Source: a virus (taxonomy: Duplodnaviria > Caudoviricetes). Taken from it: a stretch of DNA of 64,000 nt. The DNA is taken from the IMG/VR virus record IMGVR_UViG_3300032303_001800, positions 1-64,000 of that record, one strand, 5' to 3'. A program made the position numbers and the translations under genes. Positions within the stretch are counted from its first letter, which is position 1. Every line of letters begins with the position of its first letter. This document shows, in pieces, positions 36,559 through 46,288 of this stretch. The notes under the pieces are model-generated. The model searched no databases, was not told the DNA's origin, and was given only the letters and a program-made list of their open reading frames with translations.

Positions 36559-36996
36559 ATGCCTACTCAAGTTTCTAACCATTTTTACGGCTCAGAGCAG
36601 CAGTGGCTTGCTACCCTGACTGTGAACGGCGTCGATTACGGCGTGTTTGACCGCTTTAGCGGTGGTGACGTATCTGCCGCCGTCAACAAGCACCGTCCTG
36701 GTGGCATGGGCCCAGAAATCAGTTACCTCTCGCTGCCGACCTATTCGGATGTTTCGTTGACCAAGGTCTACGAAACCCAGCGTGACCACGACCGCGTCGC
36801 TACCCTGCACACTCTCGTTGGCAAGGCCCTCGCCTCTGTCACACTTCAGCCTTTGGACGACAATGGCTCACCTTGGGGTACTCCTCGTACCTACCAGGGT
36901 CGCCTCGTCGCTGTAAAGGACGGCGGCACTGACTCGCAGTCAAATGCTGCTAGAATGTTCGAAGTAGACCTTTCGGTCGAGACCGTAACAAACTAA
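36559..36996 (+). CDS. Tail tube protein
   Basis: 145 aa after sheath; FDRFSGG, KHRPGGMG, YSDVSLTK. Confidence 0.85.
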   Translation: MPTQVSNHFYGSEQQWLATLTVNGVDYGVFDRFSGGDVSAAVNKHRPGGMGPEISYLSLPTYSDVSLTKVYETQRDHDRVATLHTLVGKALASVTLQPLDDNGSPWGTPRTYQGRLVAVKDGGTDSQSNAARMFEVDLSVETVTN

Positions 36997-37025
36997 CAAC
37001 TCACTACAAACCATAGGAGGAACCA

Positions 37026-37565
37026 ATGGTTGAATTTAATATCACCAATGAAGAGGGAAGCGGTTTTCCACAGGACGAGACGGTGGCGGTGTTTTCTAAC
37101 ACGGAAATCACCCCACTCGTCTCCCTGCGAAACCGTCGTGAAGAGATTGTCAGCAATCTTTTTATTGACATCAAAGTCCCACGCTGGGAAGACCCGGAAA
37201 TTTTTGTCCGGTTCAAGCCAGTGTCGGCAACCCGACTTAACTCTGCTATCGAAAAGCGCCGTAAGCAAAAGAGTGACGACTGGTCGCTCCTTGCTAACGC
37301 CGACATGCTTGTCGATTCATGCGTTGGTATTTATGGCGTTATTGATGGGGACAAGGACAACAAGTTGTCCCTCCGCATCGGTGACCCAAATGGCTCACTT
37401 ACAAAGTTCGACCCCGAACTTGGTGCCGCTCTTGGCGTAGACGCTCAACGTGCCGTTGACGTTTGCACCTCACTCTACTTGACCGAAGGCGACCTCCTTG
37501 AAGTTGCCAACCGTCTTTTCCAGTGGAGTGGCGTAGCATCAGATGAGGCTGACGAAACTTTTTAA
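37026..37565 (+). CDS. Tail assembly chaperone
   Basis: Between tube and TMP; ends at a T TTT TAA slip site. Confidence 0.8.
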   Translation: MVEFNITNEEGSGFPQDETVAVFSNTEITPLVSLRNRREEIVSNLFIDIKVPRWEDPEIFVRFKPVSATRLNSAIEKRRKQKSDDWSLLANADMLVDSCVGIYGVIDGDKDNKLSLRIGDPNGSLTKFDPELGAALGVDAQRAVDVCTSLYLTEGDLLEVANRLFQWSGVASDEADETF

Positions 37566-37789
37566 CAAGCCTGGGGACAGATGATTTCGTAGAGAGCGCT
37601 TCATACGCACTCACAATGGGTATGAACCCCTACGATTTTCTGTCCCAAGGCAAAGAAGATTACCTTATTAGCATTGCAATAATACAAAAAGCCCTTCAAA
37701 TCAGCAACGAACGAAAGTCAGAGGAAATTAAAGTTCTTGCAGAATTGACTGGGCTCGAAGTAGCGAAGGTAATCGCTAACATCTTCTAG
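37559..37789 (+). other. -1 frameshift extension of tail assembly chaperone (G/GT-type)
   Basis: -1 frame open from TTT 37559 to TAG 37787-37789 (FLTSLGTDDF...VIANIF). Confidence 0.75.
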
Positions 37790-37816
37790 TCCGTCTTATA
37801 TTAGGCGGCGACTTAA

Positions 37817-37851
37817 GCCGCTATCTCCTGCCCGGAGGTAGCGGTTTTTCT
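37817..37851 (+). terminator. Intrinsic terminator upstream of the tape measure gene
   Basis: 12-bp stem GCCGCTATCTCC/GGAGGTAGCGGT followed by TTTTCTC. Confidence 0.65.
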
Positions 37852-37866
37852 CTTGAGGCAAACTAT

Positions 37867-40800
37867 ATGGCAGATGTAGAAAGATTAGGACTAGAACTAG
37901 TCACCAATGCGGGTGGTTCGTATCCTCGTGATGTAATGCGAGGCAAGGAAGCCACCGACGCACTCAGCGGTTCAGTCGAGCGCGTTGCAGTTTCTGCCGA
38001 TGCTATGTCCGCGTCTGTTGCTGGTGCTGCCGATTCTACCGCGGCACTAGCCGCCGAGGCCGGAGCCGCGACTAAAGCGTGGCAGATGTACCTCAGCGGT
38101 AATCCGCAAAATGTGGCAGCGCTCAATGCAACCGCTGGTGCCGCCACCCACGCTGCTGATTCAACAGCCGCTGCAGCCGGTGCTACTGTTGAGTATGCCG
38201 AGGCTTTGCGCCTTGCCAGTGCCTCCTCATCAGAGTTTGTTGCCGCCTCGGAGAGAGTTGCGGCAGCCGAAGCGCAGCGTTCAATGCAAATGGCTTCGTC
38301 GTCTGTCAGCATTGCTGCGGCCGAAGCCAATCTGGGCAGATACTACAAAACCTTCTCCAAATTGGAGAAGATGGGAACCCCCGCCATTATGAAGGCGGGG
38401 ACTTGGACTGCCCTGGGTTCGGCCGGATTGATTTACTCATCCGTTCATCAATTTACCGAACTTAACGCTAAGATGATTCAGATTACCACCCAGGCGGGTA
38501 TTGCAAAAGCCTGGCTTCCCGACCTGCAAAAAGAAGTTATTAGAATCGGCAAAGAAACCGGTCAAAACTTCAATGACATTGCCGACTCTATGTACCGAGT
38601 TGCTTCTGGTACCGCTTCCTGGACTCACACTCTGAAGGACGGAACCAAGGCCGCTGGTGCTAGTAAAAAGCAAATCATGGAACTTACCGATGCTGTTTCC
38701 AAGTTGAACTTGCTTGGAAACGTCCCCGGTGGAGTGCAAACTGAACAGACCAGTCGTATTATGACGGTTATGCTCAACGCCGGTCTTAGAGACATCGGCA
38801 CGGACCCCAAGAAAGCGCTGCGACTTCTAAACGCTGGTGCTGGTGCGGGTGACGTTCGACTTGGTGGTTTGATTTCTGGTTTGGGTCGAGGCGTGCTTGC
38901 GTCCGCCAGTGCAACTGGCCTTACAGCCACAGACGCACTTTCCTGGATGGACTTGATGACCTCGATGGGTACTACGGAATCTGTCGCCGGTACCTACGTC
39001 CGTAGTGCTATTATTAACCTTGCCGCCTCGGGTGGTAAGGGTCAAAAGAGCCTTGCCATGTTGGGCATTAAGCCTGGAGAACTCCAGGGCTTGATGGCTG
39101 GCAAGGGTGGGCTTATCTCTGCTGCCCAGCGTCTTAAGACGGGACTCCAAAAGTGGGACCCCCTTCCAACCTTCCCTAAGTTCAAGGGCAAGACCGGCGT
39201 TGCGGCTGCTAGGGAGCAGTTGCAAGCCTGGGGTGCAAACAGTCTTGACCCCGAGTTGTTGTCAAACTGGTCTAAGGGCAAGTTAACCGACAAGCAAAAA
39301 GAATACATCAAGGTATTTATGCTCGCCAATGCTTTTGGTGGAGCAAAGCAATTGACCCCTATTCTCACCCTTATTCAAAGTACATCCGTTAAGGGCGACC
39401 ATGCCCAGCGTGAAGACACCATTGAGGGTATTCACAAGGCAATTACAGACCACGCAACTGATGCAAACGTTAAGCGTAGCCTTAAATTAGCCACAGACCA
39501 GCCACAGACTCAGTTCCGCATTCTTAAACAAACACTTAGGGCTGACCTTGTTCAAATTGGTCAGACTATTACTCCTGCTGTTTTGAGCATTTCTAAAGCA
39601 CTTGTTCACTTCATTGACAAGATTGCCAAGATGAAGTCGGTCATTATTCCGCTGACTCTGGCGGTAAGCGGTTTTATTGCTGTTGCCGGTCTGGCAAAAC
39701 TTGGCTCACTAGCCAAGGGTATGTATGCTCCGCTAGGCAAGGCCTACGGAATTACCGATAAACTGTGGGGCGGACTGTCCCACATCCCGGGACTTGGCTG
39801 GACTAAGAATTTTGTAGGCAAGGGTGGAGGTCGCTTCCGCGATGCTGCCTTGACCAGCGACCGCACAGCACTTAAAGAGGCTGGAGACACGCTTACTAAG
39901 GCCGGCATGGGGCTTATGGGCGCCGCTGAAGCCATTGAACGAGCCGCCTATATGGGTGGTGGTGCTGGCGGCCGTGGCGGCCGTGGCGGCCGTGGTGGCG
40001 GTGGCGTGCACCCAGGCGCTTCTGGCATGGGCGGTGGCGGCCGTGGCGGCCGTGGCGTGCACCCAGGCGTTTCTGGCATGGGCAAGGGTATTACCGGCTC
40101 CCACGCAGGCATTGGCAAGGGCAGTGAAGGTTATTACAACCTCATGGGTAACATGAAGAAGGACCCTCGTTACGCCTACTACGCTATGCATGATAACATC
40201 GGCTCGGCTATGAAGGTTGAAGAAAAGGTAGCCAAACGCGGCCTCTTTAGCCGCATGTTTGGACGCACCACCCCTACCGGCTTTAGCGGTAAATCACGGA
40301 TGTCTGGCCCCATGATGGGTGGCGCTCGTGGGTTAATAGCAAGCATGGCCCTGAACTTTGCCGCCTTGCGTGGACCTCGAGGCAAAACTGCCTACGAACG
40401 CCGCGGCGCAGCCGAACCCACCTCTATGTACATTGGTGACATTATTGGGGGTCCCGGCAAAGTCAAGAAGGTAAACCCTCGCAAGATGAAGGGTGTTTCC
40501 AGGTACGGAAGCCGTGGCTTGACTAAGATGTTAAGCAAGGCGGACATTGCCGAAGAAGCAGCCGCTAAATTACGTATGCCTCACGGTTTGCCTCGCAGCA
40601 AATACGCCGGCTCTGCCGTTAAGAGCGTCGAGAGCAAGGCACTTGGACTTGCAGGACGCATGGCCGGTAAGGCCGGCATTGTTGGCAAACTTGGCAGTAT
40701 AGCCGCAAAGGTTGGCGGCGGCAGTATTATGAAAACGGCCGCGGGCGGTCTTGCCAGGTTTGGCGGCACCGCTGCCCTTGGTGGTATAGCATCGGCTGCC

Positions 40801-41979
40801 GGAGGAACCGCTCTTGGTTCTATCGCCGGAGGAGCCCTTGGTATGCTTGGTGGCCCACTTGGTATGATAGCCATGTCGGCCCTCATGCCCATAGCAATGC
40901 CTTACATTATGAAGGGCATGGGCGGTATTGGCAACTTTGTTGGTGGACTTTTTGGCAACAAACCCACCCCCAAGGTTACCGGCCCAACTGCCGTCACCAC
41001 TCAGGGCAAAAAAATTGCAGCCAAACTCACCCAGCAAGAAAAGCAACTTGCCAAGGACGAAAAAGAACTTGCTAAGCGCATTAAAAATGGTGGTAACACT
41101 GACGAAGTTCTTCGTTGGATTAATCGCGATAAACGTAACATTGCCGGCCTTAACAAAAACATGGGCAACGTCGACAACGCTAAGTCTTTCAAAAAGATTT
41201 ACGACAAGACAAACGCTATGGAGAGCGTCCGCAACGCCATCGCACATCACAAGAAAATTAATCTTGCGGATGTAAAAAAGTTGCCAAAAGAAGTGCGAAT
41301 GCAGATTTTTGGCAAAGATAACGTTAAAGAGTACGATGTAGGCAAGTACGTCAAGGGCTCAAAATGGTACACCGGTGCAAACGAACGCTACCTGAAGAGG
41401 CAAGTTGGTGCTTACGAAAAGTATATGGGCGGCAAAGAGGGCTCCCAGTATCTTAATAAGATTGACAAGAACTACTTTGCTCGTCGTGAGGCTTCCAATG
41501 CTATTGGCGGGGACGCATTGAATCGTCTCAACAAGGACCAGAAGGCAACGTTGCGAGAAGGCGAAGGCCACTTCCGCAACAACCTGACTAAGACTGAAGC
41601 CCAGGGCAAGTACATGAAGATTGAGCAGATGGCCGGTACGCTGGTTGCTCAAGCCGCAGATTTCCGTAAAAAGGCTGCCGCCACCACCTCAACTTTTGCC
41701 AAAACGCAATACAAAGCAGAGGCAGTTCGTCTTGAGACTAAGGCCAAGCAGATGGAAGGCAACGCTAAGAAATTGGCAGCCAAATTCCACCTTGAAAAAG
41801 CAACAATTACCGATTTGGCATCTGCGATAGCAACCGCCAACAAAACCATGTATACTTCAATGGGACTTACCAAGCAGGGTTACATCGACGCATTTACTGC
41901 CGCCATGAACGGCAGCGGTGGACAGGGGCTTGCAGCAGCCGTTGCCAAGGCAATGGGCAACTCACAAGCCTTCTCATAG
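37867..41979 (+). CDS. Tape measure protein
   Basis: 1370 aa, Ala/Gly-rich helical; position after chaperone; RGG repeats near 39960-40080. Confidence 0.92.
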   Translation: MADVERLGLELVTNAGGSYPRDVMRGKEATDALSGSVERVAVSADAMSASVAGAADSTAALAAEAGAATKAWQMYLSGNPQNVAALNATAGAATHAADSTAAAAGATVEYAEALRLASASSSEFVAASERVAAAEAQRSMQMASSSVSIAAAEANLGRYYKTFSKLEKMGTPAIMKAGTWTALGSAGLIYSSVHQFTELNAKMIQITTQAGIAKAWLPDLQKEVIRIGKETGQNFNDIADSMYRVASGTASWTHTLKDGTKAAGASKKQIMELTDAVSKLNLLGNVPGGVQTEQTSRIMTVMLNAGLRDIGTDPKKALRLLNAGAGAGDVRLGGLISGLGRGVLASASATGLTATDALSWMDLMTSMGTTESVAGTYVRSAIINLAASGGKGQKSLAMLGIKPGELQGLMAGKGGLISAAQRLKTGLQKWDPLPTFPKFKGKTGVAAAREQLQAWGANSLDPELLSNWSKGKLTDKQKEYIKVFMLANAFGGAKQLTPILTLIQSTSVKGDHAQREDTIEGIHKAITDHATDANVKRSLKLATDQPQTQFRILKQTLRADLVQIGQTITPAVLSISKALVHFIDKIAKMKSVIIPLTLAVSGFIAVAGLAKLGSLAKGMYAPLGKAYGITDKLWGGLSHIPGLGWTKNFVGKGGGRFRDAALTSDRTALKEAGDTLTKAGMGLMGAAEAIERAAYMGGGAGGRGGRGGRGGGGVHPGASGMGGGGRGGRGVHPGVSGMGKGITGSHAGIGKGSEGYYNLMGNMKKDPRYAYYAMHDNIGSAMKVEEKVAKRGLFSRMFGRTTPTGFSGKSRMSGPMMGGARGLIASMALNFAALRGPRGKTAYERRGAAEPTSMYIGDIIGGPGKVKKVNPRKMKGVSRYGSRGLTKMLSKADIAEEAAAKLRMPHGLPRSKYAGSAVKSVESKALGLAGRMAGKAGIVGKLGSIAAKVGGGSIMKTAAGGLARFGGTAALGGIASAAGGTALGSIAGGALGMLGGPLGMIAMSALMPIAMPYIMKGMGGIGNFVGGLFGNKPTPKVTGPTAVTTQGKKIAAKLTQQEKQLAKDEKELAKRIKNGGNTDEVLRWINRDKRNIAGLNKNMGNVDNAKSFKKIYDKTNAMESVRNAIAHHKKINLADVKKLPKEVRMQIFGKDNVKEYDVGKYVKGSKWYTGANERYLKRQVGAYEKYMGGKEGSQYLNKIDKNYFARREASNAIGGDALNRLNKDQKATLREGEGHFRNNLTKTEAQGKYMKIEQMAGTLVAQAADFRKKAAATTSTFAKTQYKAEAVRLETKAKQMEGNAKKLAAKFHLEKATITDLASAIATANKTMYTSMGLTKQGYIDAFTAAMNGSGGQGLAAAVAKAMGNSQAFS

Positions 41980-41996
41980 GATATAGGATATAACAC

Positions 41997-42773
41997 ATGC
42001 CCGCTAGTTTTGCACATTCAGCACCAACTATCGTTACCATTTCGCCGGTTGCCATACCTGCCACTAATGCAAAGTACAGTCCGATTTCTCTTGGTCTTCT
42101 TGGGAGCGCGGAGTACGGCATTATTGGTCAGGGTGGTTGGCAAATTATTGACCGGCCCAAAATGGTTGCGGCTACTCAGTGGTTTGACCGCTCTCCATAT
42201 TCCCTGAAGTTTTCAGCAATAATTGACCACTCCATCACGGCACCCGTTACTCCGGGCGCCCCAATTTTGTCAACGTCGACTTCGGTGGAAAACGACTGTG
42301 AACAACTTGAACTTTGGCTGGAAAAAGTAGACGCTACTTACTCGCCTCCCGTTCTTTCGATTACAGGGCCAGTTCCAGGCATTAAACGGCTGTACGTTCT
42401 TTACGGCCTCTCTTTCCGCGATGCACTTCGCGACCAGGAGGCCGGGTATAGAATTCAACAAACTGTTGACATCACGCTTTATGAGTATAGCCCACCACTA
42501 GGCAATACTCTAAATCAATATTCATATGCACCATCGCAAACATTTGCAGAGCAACAGAACAGTTCGGACATAACGGGTACACAACAGTTTATCATTTACA
42601 CCGTTAAAGACGGCGATACACTGACAAGCATCTCTAATAATTTTTACGGCAACCCAAGTATGACCCAACAGATTAAAACCTTTAACGGCATACGAGATGA
42701 TTCGGTTCTTTCCATCATGTCCGGTCAGGTTTTGAAAATGCCTAGACTGACTGCAACGGGAGCGTTCCAATGA
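41997..42773 (+). CDS. Baseplate/tube-initiator protein with LysM domain
   Basis: C-terminal YTVKDGDTLTSIS..FYG...IKTFNGI...GQVLKMP LysM. Confidence 0.85.
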   Translation: MPASFAHSAPTIVTISPVAIPATNAKYSPISLGLLGSAEYGIIGQGGWQIIDRPKMVAATQWFDRSPYSLKFSAIIDHSITAPVTPGAPILSTSTSVENDCEQLELWLEKVDATYSPPVLSITGPVPGIKRLYVLYGLSFRDALRDQEAGYRIQQTVDITLYEYSPPLGNTLNQYSYAPSQTFAEQQNSSDITGTQQFIIYTVKDGDTLTSISNNFYGNPSMTQQIKTFNGIRDDSVLSIMSGQVLKMPRLTATGAFQ

Positions 42774-43738
42774 CAACTGCAGGATTTGGTCCTTTTGACC
42801 TAAACCAGATTACCATCAACGGTGCGGCTCTTGACCCCGACTACAAACGCGCTGTAACTAACATTTTGATTCAACGTAGCAACATGGGTTCTTCACTGTT
42901 GACCATGCAGTTGACCGACCCTGAGCGTCAAATTATTCAAAAAGTGGCAAAGCAAGGTGCCACATTAAAAATTGACGGTCTCTCATACACGTTAAGTCAA
43001 TTTGTAAAAGCATCGGACCAGGTTCAGTTGATTTTTGAGTCTAGCGGTGTATATGCTCTTCGCGGGCAACGTAAGCCTACCAAGGCCCAAACCGGAAACC
43101 AATATGTAACGCCTTTTATGAAGTCGCTAGTTTGGGCAATTAGAGGCATGACGTATGTGGGCCCAGATTACGCTGCCACTTACCCTCAACTAATTGCTCT
43201 GAAGGCAAACAAGGGGATTACTTTAAAAACTGTCCCGCCTTTTGCCGTGGGTCGAGGCAGCGGTGCTACTACTGACACCAACGAAGATTCTTGGACATGT
43301 CTGTCTCGTATTGCGTCCACTATTGGATGGCGATTGTGGGAAAGCGGCAACGTAGTTTACTGCGGACCAGACGAATATTGGTTAGGTAAATTGCCCGGTC
43401 AAAAGGGAATTCCTCCAGTTAACAAAGCAGTTTCTAATAGCAAAATTCCTGACTTAAAAGAATTTACACGAACCACTCAGTTGATTGACTTTGACTGGAA
43501 CGTCAACAAACCTCTTGGTCAAGCAAGCGTTACCTGCATGCTGGATGGTTTTTCTTACAACATTGGTCAGATAGTCAACCTTCAAGGCGTTGGTATTGCA
43601 AACGGTCATTGGATGGTCTCCTCTATTCAAAGAAACATGTTTATGCCCACTGCGGCGATGGTGCTCAATGTTCCAATGCCGCTTGCAACTTACGTCAATC
43701 CAACCTCGCTTCCGCTCAGCGCCTTCCCCCTTAAGTAA
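42770..43738 (+). CDS. Baseplate hub protein (gp27/late control D-like)
   Basis: Position after LysM gene; EDSWTCLSRIA..IGWRLW, GHWMVSSI. Confidence 0.72.
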   Translation: MTTAGFGPFDLNQITINGAALDPDYKRAVTNILIQRSNMGSSLLTMQLTDPERQIIQKVAKQGATLKIDGLSYTLSQFVKASDQVQLIFESSGVYALRGQRKPTKAQTGNQYVTPFMKSLVWAIRGMTYVGPDYAATYPQLIALKANKGITLKTVPPFAVGRGSGATTDTNEDSWTCLSRIASTIGWRLWESGNVVYCGPDEYWLGKLPGQKGIPPVNKAVSNSKIPDLKEFTRTTQLIDFDWNVNKPLGQASVTCMLDGFSYNIGQIVNLQGVGIANGHWMVSSIQRNMFMPTAAMVLNVPMPLATYVNPTSLPLSAFPLK

Positions 43739-43747
43739 AGACACTTT

Positions 43748-45754
43748 ATGAGAACTACAGACCCCAACGTACTTCTCCAGTCATTTTTCCGTTATTCACA
43801 CGGTCAAATTTTAGCAACTAGCCCTATGGGTCAGGGTGTCTATTACGGTACAGTTATCGAGACTAACGCAACTAACACTAGCCTTGCCGCTGGTTACATG
43901 CGCGTCAGCATTCCGTATCTCATTGCAGACGAAGTGTACGCAGAAATTCCATTTGCGGGAACAACTGCTCCCCCCAATGGGACTACCGCTGTTGTTGGGT
44001 TTTCCCCCGACGGCAATCTTATTTCGCTTGGTTTCATTGGATGGGAATCATCCGGCGGCGGCGGCGCGGGAACACAGGGTCCACAGGGTTTTCAGGGCAA
44101 CGCCGGGGCTAACGGCTCTCGGGGTTACCAGGGTTACCAGGGCACCGCTGGTGGACAGGGTGCCGGTGGAGCACTCGGCTACTGGGGTTCTTTTTACGAT
44201 ACCACCACACAATCTTGCGCCACAACCAACACGGCGTACGGGGTGCTTTGTAACACTACTGCTGGCTCTAACGGAGTCAACGTTGACCCGGTTATAAAAA
44301 GTCGCCTTATTTTTGACCACTCTGGTGTTTATAACTTGCAATTTTCGTCGCAGTTTGAAAATCAGGGCGGTGGCGGTAGCGGAACAACAGTTCGGATTTG
44401 GCTTCGCGTAAATGGGACTAACATAGTAGAGTCCGCGGGTAGTGTTGACGTTAACAACAATAGCCCACTCGTAGTGAGTTCTTGGAACTATGTTCTGCAA
44501 TTATACGCCAACGACTATGTAGAATTAATGTGGGCAACCACAAACACCCACATTGTCATGTTGCACAACACAACTGCAACACCGGCACCAGGCACTCCAT
44601 CGGTTATTTTTACCGCTACCCAGGTAATGTACACCCAAGAAGGTCCCCAGGGGTTTAGTGGTGCACAAGGCTACCAGGGAAATCAGGGCTCGACCGGAAT
44701 CTTTGAAGGTGCTACGCCCCCAGGCGATGTTACTCTTGTCTGGGCAGACACCTCGAGCCCCTACCAGGTTGGCCCGCAGGGTTATCAAGGTTATCAAGGC
44801 GCTGGCTACCAGGGTTCGCAAGGCTCGCAGGGTTACCAGGGTGTAACTGGCGTTTACGTCAATGCCACCGCTCCGTCTAACACGTCTCTTGTTTGGGCCG
44901 ATACCTCAACTGCCTTTTCCGTGGGCCCGCAAGGTTACCAGGGCGCCACTGGTTCGCAGGGAAATCAAGGTTCCACCGGTCCCCAGGGTTCGCAAGGAAC
45001 GCAAGGTACAAATGGCTCGCAAGGCTCAACTGGAACCCAAGGTTTGCAGGGATATCAAGGCTATCAGGGTTATCAAGGCAAAACTGGCGTTTACGTTAAC
45101 GCCACGGCGCCCACCGATACCTCTCTTGTGTGGGCTGACACTTCAACTGCTTTTTCCGTTGGTCCACAGGGTTATCAAGGAAATCAGGGAAATCAAGGCG
45201 CTGGCTATCAGGGGGTTCAGGGTGCAACTGGCTCACAGGGTTATCAGGGAAACCAAGGTTTAACAGGTGCAGGTACGCAGGGTAGCCAGGGCGCATCAGG
45301 CTCTCAGGGAAACCAGGGTGCTCAAGGTGCTGCTGGTTCCGCGCCAAATGCTTGGACCACTGGTCAATACACTACTAACGTTACAATTTCCAGTACAAAT
45401 GTTAACGCCGTTAACCCCGGCTCCCAAAACGTAACTGTTAGTGGGTTTACCACTTATTTTGTTATTTATAACTGTAACGAATCTGCTAACGCATCAACCA
45501 CTGGTCGCGCTATTAACTTGTACTTTATTGCAACTGGAGGCTCAATTACTGGAGTTGGTAGCACTAGTAGTAACGTCCTTATTTTGGGCAACACCAACAA
45601 CGTTACGGGTGTTCGTGCAAACCACGCCGGTTCGACTATCATAACTACGTCAACAACTGGTTCTGTAACGTTTACACCTTGGATGTACCTTGGTGGTACA
45701 ACTGACACAGTTTCAATGGCTCTCTTTTCAATGCAAGTAATAGGAATCCGATAA
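43748..45754 (+). CDS. Baseplate spike-like N-terminal domain fused to collagen-like fibre
   Basis: N-terminal GVYYGTV...MRVSIP...PPNGTTAVVGF (gpV/gp5 OB-like); C1q-like beta domain; G-X-Q collagen runs; three VWADTS blocks. Confidence 0.75.
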   Translation: MRTTDPNVLLQSFFRYSHGQILATSPMGQGVYYGTVIETNATNTSLAAGYMRVSIPYLIADEVYAEIPFAGTTAPPNGTTAVVGFSPDGNLISLGFIGWESSGGGGAGTQGPQGFQGNAGANGSRGYQGYQGTAGGQGAGGALGYWGSFYDTTTQSCATTNTAYGVLCNTTAGSNGVNVDPVIKSRLIFDHSGVYNLQFSSQFENQGGGGSGTTVRIWLRVNGTNIVESAGSVDVNNNSPLVVSSWNYVLQLYANDYVELMWATTNTHIVMLHNTTATPAPGTPSVIFTATQVMYTQEGPQGFSGAQGYQGNQGSTGIFEGATPPGDVTLVWADTSSPYQVGPQGYQGYQGAGYQGSQGSQGYQGVTGVYVNATAPSNTSLVWADTSTAFSVGPQGYQGATGSQGNQGSTGPQGSQGTQGTNGSQGSTGTQGLQGYQGYQGYQGKTGVYVNATAPTDTSLVWADTSTAFSVGPQGYQGNQGNQGAGYQGVQGATGSQGYQGNQGLTGAGTQGSQGASGSQGNQGAQGAAGSAPNAWTTGQYTTNVTISSTNVNAVNPGSQNVTVSGFTTYFVIYNCNESANASTTGRAINLYFIATGGSITGVGSTSSNVLILGNTNNVTGVRANHAGSTIITTSTTGSVTFTPWMYLGGTTDTVSMALFSMQVIGIR

Positions 45755-46287
45755 TGACCGTATTAAGACAATACAATTCAGGAACAGGAACATGGGACGC
45801 AGTAATTTCGGGGGTTCAGGGGGCACAGGGCAGTCCAATGTCGACCAACGCCTCTTTTACGGCACCATTTGAAACATTTTCGGTTGTCTCAAGCGCCTAT
45901 AGTGGTTCCAGCGCCGCAACGGTTGCTTTGGCGACCTCAAGTATTTATGTAAATACAGCCGGCTCTACCGCCAATTATGCTCTTAACATCACAGGTGCTC
46001 CGACTACGGTTGGTCAATCGGTTACGGCAGTTGTTGCGGTTAACGAAGGCGCATCAGCCTTCCTTCCAAACACAATCACAATTAACACGTATGCCACGGC
46101 GGCATCTGGCCTGCCAGCCAATGCTTCTACCTACACGCCTAGTGGCGGACCAACTTTTAAGAATTTTTGGCAGGGCGCGGCCGCACCTTCATCGGCCTAT
46201 GTGAGTACTCTTGCTACATACAGCATTACAATTATGTGCGTTGCCACTAACAGTTACTACGTTTTGTATTCTCTTGTAGGTTTCTAA
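45754..46287 (+). CDS. Minor tail/fibre protein
   Basis: Ser/Thr-rich beta protein with short GVQGAQG; WQGAAAPS motif. Confidence 0.65.
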   Translation: MTVLRQYNSGTGTWDAVISGVQGAQGSPMSTNASFTAPFETFSVVSSAYSGSSAATVALATSSIYVNTAGSTANYALNITGAPTTVGQSVTAVVAVNEGASAFLPNTITINTYATAASGLPANASTYTPSGGPTFKNFWQGAAAPSSAYVSTLATYSITIMCVATNSYYVLYSLVGF

Positions 46288-46288
46288 A

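Noticed and set aside
39955-40085. GGCGGCCGT tandem repeats as a separate element
   Set aside because: In-frame Gly/Arg low-complexity coding repeat of the tape measure protein
29201-41250. Long antisense ORFs such as 29201..29785, 34049..34633, 37863..38330 and 40570..41250
   Set aside because: Opposite-strand shadows of well-supported structural genes with biased codons; no RBS or motifs
44696-45180. Diversity-generating retroelement TR/VR pair
   Set aside because: Repeat copies are in-frame within one gene, differ mainly at synonymous positions without adenine bias, and no reverse transcriptase is present
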